NCBI GenBank assembly: GCA_015680685.1
Contig: MNCI01000286.1
Location: 157,582 to 217,716 of the forward strand
Source: Gnetum montanum
Lineage: Eukaryota > Plantae > Gnetophyta
DNA length: 60,135 nt
Direction of reading: 5' to 3'
Shown here: positions 53,491-60,135 of the stretch, piece after piece
Layout of the letters: each line of letters begins with the position of its first letter
How positions within the stretch are numbered: position 1 is the stretch's first letter
Translations under genes and position numbers: made by a program
Notes under the pieces: generated by a model
The model's database searches: none
Seen by the model: only the letters and a program-made list of their open reading frames with translations
Told to the model about the DNA's origin: nothing

Positions 53491-55574
53491 TGTACCATCC
53501 CTAGAATGTTTAGGATTTTATTTTTAACCTTTACATTGATTCTGTAGATCAAACTTAACTTTGTGTACTTCGTAGAGGGTCTTGTACCTTAACTTATCTA
53601 TAACATGTATTATCTTTATCATTTTTCATTATTTTATTCTTTTATCTTTAATGTGTTTAGTATTCATTATTTTATGATAATTTGGTACCATTTACTTATT
53701 AGCACTAGACTTTATATTCATCATTTTGTGATGAGTTAGCATGGTGTTGTTATCTTTATTGGTATGATATTTCATTAATGGTTTAACATGGTATAAGACT
53801 TTCTTATTGGTTTAACTTGACATGAGACTTTGCTAATGTGACTTATCTTTAATAAGTCTCACTCCTTGTAGAGTTGTTTTGACATGGATTTTATTCTTTA
53901 ATTCTTAAGCATGTTTTTATATATATTTTATTTAGATTATTATGTTTTTAATGATGCTGCTAACCTTCTTTTCTTTGAATAAGAATAGGATGAATTGATG
54001 TTGGCCCCACTATAGATTATATGTATTTTTCTCTTTGGCTATCTGACACATGTAATGCATGTTGATTAAAAAGTCCTAAGTAAGAATGTTCTAGAATCCT
54101 TGTATAGATATTCATGAATGAGTCTATATATGTAAGCCTTAGGTTCCTCTTACAATCATGATTTTCAGCTTGTGCTTTCTATTAGCTTACATCTTGCTAG
54201 TGCTTTAAACTTGTGATCTTGCAAAGTCTTTGTTGATGAAATAGTCTTTTCTTGGTAAAGGTAGTAAATCTATTTTATTCTTTGATTTTGCTTTTATTCC
54301 TAGTCTCGCCTAATATTTTCCCAATCCATGTTTTTTTGTAGTGCATAAATATATCTAAGAGTCTTATTATTTTCATGAACCATCTAACATTATTTGAGGA
54401 GACTACACCTAACTTGCACTCAAGTAGTGCTAGCAACAATGAACAATTTTTGATGTGATGATGAAGTCATGATGCAATGGTAGTGTAGTCACAGTGATAA
54501 TGACAATTTTTTTTAATGGATTATGATTAATTTCAAGTAAGGTATGAGATACAATTAGAGCTAGAAGGTGTAGTAGAGGTAATGTGGTGGCATTCACCAT
54601 TTCATCCAACTTTAATGATCTTTCTACTTGAGCCATAGGATATTATAAGATCATAGGGTACTTTACAACACAATCATTCGATGCTTTAGATGATAACAAG
54701 ATAGTGATGTAGAAGGTCATATTATTTCATCTATCCACAACAATCTTTCTACATGGGCTATAGATTTCTTGAGATCTAGAAAGTACTTGATAGAGTATCA
54801 CAACTAGAGATGTGGAAGTTCTTATCATTTAATCTCACTACAATGGTCATTCTACATGGACAATAAGATGCTAAGAGTCTAGAGGATACTTGGTAGTACA
54901 TCTTCTAATGTTGTTAATGGGCATTGATGGGTTGAGTTATCAGACATTAAGGGGGTTGTAGATAGATTAGGCCATTACTAGTATCTATTACAGTAGGAGC
55001 TATGGTAGTAGCCTTCAAGAGTCTTATAACAATACCTAAGATTTTATTATTATGGGTAACCTATAGTCAACTTAATTCTTAATAACAATTGTACAACAAG
55101 TTCTAACTTGTATTTTGCAGTTGTAGGAGCTTACTCTAATCATGTCTTTTAGTGATTAATGAGGAGAATCCAACTATTTGAAGAGTATGAACTCTTCCTA
55201 CATGAGTAATGCATGCATATGGTGTAGGAGCATAAGCTAGATGTAGGAGGATGGGATAGCTATGAAGTTACATCTAGTTGAAGATTTATCTTTTCATGAT
55301 CTATCATTTTCCTTATATATCATTTGCACTTACGTTTTATAAGGGTTAAGCTTAAGTTTTCCCTACTTATGATTGCCTTTCTATGCATTGTACTCTGATT
55401 TTTGATATTACAATATAGAAGCTTGTTGTTCAAGTGGTCTCATAGGGTTTTAAGTGAATAATAATAATAATATCAAATTATTTAAGAGAAAGATAAAAAC
55501 ATAATACTAGATAATTAAAGGAAAAGATGATAAAAAATAAAGATAAAAGATGACAAAAGATTTTAGGTGTGACA
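53491..55574. mobile_element. Solo LTR (~2.1 kb) with TSD ATATT
   Basis: TGTACCATCCC...AGGTGTGACA; ATATT at 53486-53490 and 55575-55579; internal ~110-125 bp degenerate repeats at 54590-54900. Element A homology flanks both sides. Confidence 0.75.
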
Positions 55575-56374
55575 ATATTGTGACTAATATTGTCATCTAT
55601 AATTGTTTTACATGTATGGTAACATCCTTGACATGTGTTTTTTCAAAAATCTAGGATTGAGAGCATAGGCTCCAAATTCTTGCACAAATGTAATCATGAA
55701 TGACATAATAGGGCATGCATCCTTAAGTTGTTCATATTGATAAATGTTACATCCATCATTGTCCTCTTACTCATAACTAGAAGCCTTCTCTACAATAGCA
55801 AACTTACACTTTTGTCAATGTGTATCTCATTCCTTTTCTTTATTTTCATTTTTATCCTGCTCTTGTTTTACTCTAGCTTGCTCATCAAGCTCCTTAATGA
55901 TCTTATGCATTGATGCAAATTTTTCATTCATAGAGTTAGATATCTTATTTACCTTTGTTATTATCTTTGAAATAGACTTTTACATGGGTAAAGTCTTCTA
56001 CTATATCATCTCATCTAATGGAATCTCCTCTTGAGTATTACAGGCAAGTGCATTCCTCTTGCAAAGGGATGGGTTTCAATTGTACTCTTCTACACTCTCT
56101 TGCTTTAGGAGTTCTACATCCTTTCTAGCCACCCAATTTATGAGCCTTTGAATATAATGATTTTTCAATTCTAATAATCTTTTTGGACATAAATCTCAAG
56201 AATTTCAGGCATTCAATTTTTGAGCCCATCTATAAGATGTTAAATCTATTATTTTTAGGAGAACCCATGGCCTAGGCATATGTTCAATAATGAATAGTAT
56301 CTACCTAAGGCTACATCAAGAGATTTATTAGTCCATTACTTCCATCCTTGAATATATCTTGTTAAATTAAACAT

Positions 56375-57573
56375 AGGATCATCACCCAGAGCTACAATTC
56401 TCATCCTGTCAAGCAAGATTCTAGAAGAGTTTGTAGATGAATGAAAGCCTAATCTCTTCATGTTGTTGATCAAATTGGATATTTGAAATGTTAAAATGCA
56501 CACTAGTATCATGGAGGATGATGCCTTGGATACGTTTTAGATGGTTAAGCTTGTTGCCCTTCAATTGACTAAATGACCCAATAGATTGATTAATCCCACC
56601 TAAGGTTGATTGATATGAAAGCTCACCAATTTTAGTCAACAGAAAATGCATCATTATTAAGGTCAACTAGCCTTTCCATAGGTTGCCCAACCTAAATTAA
56701 TGGAAAGTTTAGAGTTGAGAAAAAATAAAGGCATTCTTAAGATCAACCAACCTTAGTTAAGGTTGGCCTTTCAAGGGAAAATGAGAAAAATTAAAAAGGC
56801 CAAAAATTCCCTCAAACATTATGAGATGAGCAATGCATTAAGAAACAAATATTGTCATTTGTCTCCAAGGGTAATACATTCGATCTAAGGACATCATAGC
56901 TCTCATGGCTATTGATGTATAGGTGAAGATGAATTGTTTGATGAAGAGTGGTATATCAACAAGAAGCAAGCAAGATCAAAGTGGATTTTGGAAAAATATT
57001 TAAATGTGTAAGGAAAAGAGCTAAGCTAAGAAAAATGATCTTTTATTGTATTTCTATCTCCTTATTGTTGTATCTCTTGCATGATCTAAACTTGTATTAG
57101 ATGTAATCTAATCTATTACGAGATTCCAAAAGCATCATTGTACTTTCCTTTGTTTTGAGGATTTTTTCCTTAAAATCCTGGTTGTAAGAAAGGGAGACTA
57201 GAAACCCTTGAAACCAACATTTTTTCTTCAAGAATTTGAAGATCAAAAGAGAACCTAGGGGTACAAGAAATTGGATATCCTTAAGAAGTGGACTATAAAT
57301 CTTGGTGTTCACTATTTAATTATTTTATTTATTGCATTTTGTTTTGATCTTATTTTAAATGTGTTTTAATCTAATTTATTTAAATGTTTGTAAGAATATA
57401 TTTTTCTTGTTAGATCTAAGTAAGATTGTGCAAATTTTTATTGAGACATCCTACTCATCCTTCTCTAAGGTGTGACATTCAATTCACATGAGTGGTTGTG
57501 CCTAACCTTGAACCCAAGTCTTGAACTTAAGAAATGAACATCTTACCATCACTCTAGATAATGGTCCCTCTCC
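56375..57573 (-). mobile_element. tRNA-derived SINE copy 2, split by a solo LTR
   Basis: 57492-57573 matches the head and 56375-56458 the body/tail of 27540-27710. TSD ttaaattaaacat (56362-56374) / ttaaattgaacat (57574-57586). Confidence 0.85.
56464..57486 (+). mobile_element. Solo LTR (~1.0 kb), probably Ty1/copia SIRE-like
   Basis: TGTTGA...ATTCA; TSD catgt/catga (4 of 5 match). The 3' end cctactcatccttctctaaggtg resembles the Sirevirus CCTATTCACCCCCCCTCTAGG signature. Confidence 0.7.
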
Positions 57574-58517
57574 TTAAATTGAACATCCATAAGGAAATTT
57601 TATACTTTGCATTGAAAAGTTCTAACATAGTGCTTTATTTATGAATTGAATTAAGTTCCACTAATCTTTAATAGCTCTTAGCTTCCTTAGTAAGTTTCTT
57701 GGGAAATAACTTGAGCTTTTCCCATTTACTTTTAGTATTTTGCAAGCCACAAGCATCATGGAAAACTTGTATATGATTCTATGGATCTACATTGTAGGCT
57801 CCTTTAAATTCTAGAATGTTATTCACATATAGGTGCTTGATGTAACTCTTCTTTTGATGTCTAATGGAAACTCTTAGTAGCTCCCTTATTTAAGTCACAC
57901 TTCTAGTCACCAACAAGGTCTCAACCTCATTGTCTAGTGTTACAACTTTAGTGTCAAGATCATGATATATTTTCTCACCATGATCATGTTTACACTCTCT
58001 TCTCTGCTTACTACCTTACCTCTTATGAGAATCTCTATTATAAGACCTCTCAAGATTTCTCCTATAATTCCTCTCAAGATGTCTTTCTTGATTTCTTCCT
58101 AGAGCCCTCCTACTTAATTTACATTCCTTAGTGGAACTTGAAGATGAGAATGAAGAGAAAGATGGTAAGCTATTAGGGAAGCCATGTCAACGTTTTCTCT
58201 GCATTTGACAATCCCTATGCTCATAAGTTGTTGGCCTATTAGAGGTCCTAAACCTTGAAGATCTCATTTTCCCGTGATCTTAATTAATATTTATAGGATT
58301 TCCAACTAAATAAGAATGTACTATTACAATTTGTAACTCCACATCCATGTTACTAAAAGGGGGTTGAAAAGGATCTCTTAAGAAAGATTAGTGACAAAGA
58401 AATCTCTCCAACTTATTGGTTGCATCCTCCTTTTCAAATTTGAATGTATAGAACACATTGTGTTTACCCTTCTTCTACTCATATCTTACCTCCATTTGAT
58501 GGTCTAGGTTACACTAG

Positions 58518-59625
58518 TGATGAGACGCAGATTGCACAAGCTGCAATATCGTGTACGTGATATCGTGGCCGACGCGATATCGCGTCTTTCCCTGCGATAT
58601 CACGTACGCGATATCGCGGTCCGCCACCATATCTATAAATAAGAGGTGGCACATCCCTCATTTGGAATCATAGGCATAAAGTAGCAAAGCTCTGGTGGAT
58701 TGATCACCCCAGAGATAGAATATTTTCCATGTGCCCGCAGTAGGAGTCCCCCAAGTGAACGGTTCTTTATTCGAGCAGCTTTGTACCTGAACGCAAGTTG
58801 TGTACGGCAATAAAGATGAGCTTTGTGGATAAACCTTGCAGTGCATGGATAGGTTTAATTAATGTTATTTACTGCTTTCCTAGTAACGCGGCATGAGTAC
58901 GACTTGGTTACGAGTGTTGACGAACGTGTACGGNNNNNNNNNNNNNNNNNNNNNNNNNNNNNNNNNNNNNNNNNNNNNNNNNNNNNNNNNNNNNNNNNNN
59001 NNNNNNNNNNNNNNNNNNNNNNNNNNNNNNNNNNNNNNNNNNNNNNNNNNNNNNNNNNNNNNNNNNNNNNNNNNNNNNNNNNNNNNNNNNNNNNNNNNNN
59101 NNNNNNNNNNNNNNNNNNNNNNNNNNNNNNNNNNNNNNNNNNNNNNNNNNNNNNNNNNNNNNNNNNNNNNNNNNNNNNNNNNNNNNNNNNNNNNNNNNNN
59201 NNNNNNNNNNNNNNNNNNNNNNNNNNNNNNNNNNNNNNNNNNNNNNNNNNNNNNNNNNNNNNNNNNNNNNNNNNNNNNNNNNNNNNNNNNNNNNNNNNNN
59301 NNNNNNNNNNNNNNNNNNNNNNNNNNNNNNNNNNNNNNNNNNNNNNNNNNNNNNNNNNNNNNNNNNNNNNNNNNNNNNNNNNNNNNNNNNNNNNNNNNNN
59401 NNNNNNNNNNNNNNNNNNNNNNNNNNNNNNNNNNNNNNNNNNNNNNNNNNNNNNNNNNNNNNNNNNNNNNNNNNNNNACATACAAGCAAGCCTGGGAAGA
59501 CAACGAACAATTAACCCCAAGCGTTCCTTGTGGCGTTAAGGCATTTAGTCTGCGGAGTTCGACCGGATCATGCATGCTACGCTCGTTTCATATGGTTGAG
59601 TGTAGGGGTACCTTGCCACTCATCA
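58518..59625 (+). mobile_element. Element D: 5' LTR of a young Athila-like element (spans assembly gap)
   Basis: TGATGAG...CTCATCA termini; TATAAAT at ~58634; CpG-rich; followed by a PBS. The expected TSD is ACTAG (58513-58517). Confidence 0.9.
58934..59477. other. Assembly gap (N run)
   Basis: Continuous run of n characters. Confidence 1.
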
Positions 59626-59626
59626 T

Positions 59627-59644
59627 TGGCACCGTTGCCAAGGA
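59627..59644 (+). promoter_or_regulatory. PBS complementary to tRNA-Asp
   Basis: TGGCACCGTTGCCAAGGA versus Athila-type TGGCGCCGTTGCCGGGGA. Confidence 0.85.
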
Positions 59645-59768
59645 CTAAGTGTTTTTTACGCCAATTAGAACATAAGGGATATCACTCACATCGTTGTGAG
59701 CTTTAACGAACCTTCGGGTTAATCATTTAATCAAGAACATAAATAATGATAAATAGCACATCATTAGG

Positions 59769-60110
59769 ATGGCTTCTTCTCATGAAATCAGCTCACCTAA
59801 GGACAACACAGGAGACAGTCAGCACCATACGCATAACCCAAATCAGCCATGTCCTAAACAATCTAAGGTCACATATACTCATCCTGATGAGTATGTACCT
59901 GACTTTACTTTTATTCTCCATCAAGATGAGCAACTGCGATGGAGAGATTTGCAAGGTAACATTATGTTACCCCCAGATCGATCTGTCCCTAACATGCTTT
60001 TCCGTGCCTTAGCACAGATTGGCATACAAGAGCAATTTGCGAAATACATTCTGGATAACTTTGACACGAGGGATTATCATCCCACAAATGCCCANAGGGG
60101 TTCGTCATGA
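59769..60110 (+). CDS. First ORF of element D (probable gag N-terminus or 5' extra ORF)
   Basis: 113-aa ORF starting ~125 nt after the PBS. No diagnostic motif; the end is uncertain because of an n at ~60095. Confidence 0.5.
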   Translation: MASSHEISSPKDNTGDSQHHTHNPNQPCPKQSKVTYTHPDEYVPDFTFILHQDEQLRWRDLQGNIMLPPDRSVPNMLFRALAQIGIQEQFAKYILDNFDTRDYHPTNAXRGSS

Positions 60111-60135
60111 TCATCTCTTTCATGATGTCTATGAT

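Larger units (their letters stand above)
51806..58510 (-). pseudogene. Element A gag-protease remnant, interrupted by solo LTRs and a SINE
   Basis: WSYPIDFLVIHVDNRKGEF (51743-52219). 57780-57850 matches 50362-50430, 56265-56325 matches 50058-50115, and 55670-55725 matches 49480-49520 of B. Confidence 0.8.

Noticed and set aside
58855-59648. ORFs of 200-251 aa
   Set aside because: Artefacts of the N gap.

Overview
Eukaryotic, almost certainly land-plant, heterochromatin-like DNA; the strong CpG and CHG depletion and repeat types suggest a fern, lycophyte or gymnosperm, but the species cannot be fixed from this window. Most of it is a stack of decayed, nested retroelements. There are four Athila-like Ty3/gypsy elements: A (host, minus, 28.4-58.5 kb), B (minus, 32414-51611, both LTRs, TSD CTCCT, tRNA-Asp PBS, env-like ORF), C (plus, 38337-45834, TSD ATGTT) and D (young 5' LTR at 58518-59625, tRNA-Asp PBS). 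Also present are a 3'-truncated chromovirus-type gypsy (minus, ~13.0-22.2 kb, tRNA-Met PBS), two TSD-flanked solo LTRs plus one probable one, two copies of a tRNA-derived SINE and a short RTE-derived element. The least routine features are: (i) two decayed copies of an unknown accessory ORF, each preceded by an array of TGACGTGG plus GTAGAACCAA/TTGGTTCTAC palindrome units (0.4-10.1 kb); (ii) a 5S rRNA internal-promoter fragment and an antisense, intron-containing gene inside the ~4.3 kb leader of the chromovirus; (iii) one CpG-retaining island (25.2-26.9 kb) with a candidate spliced Cys-rich micro-ORF. No intact long host gene is recognisable. All calls are by eye, with no database searches; coordinates of decayed features are approximate.
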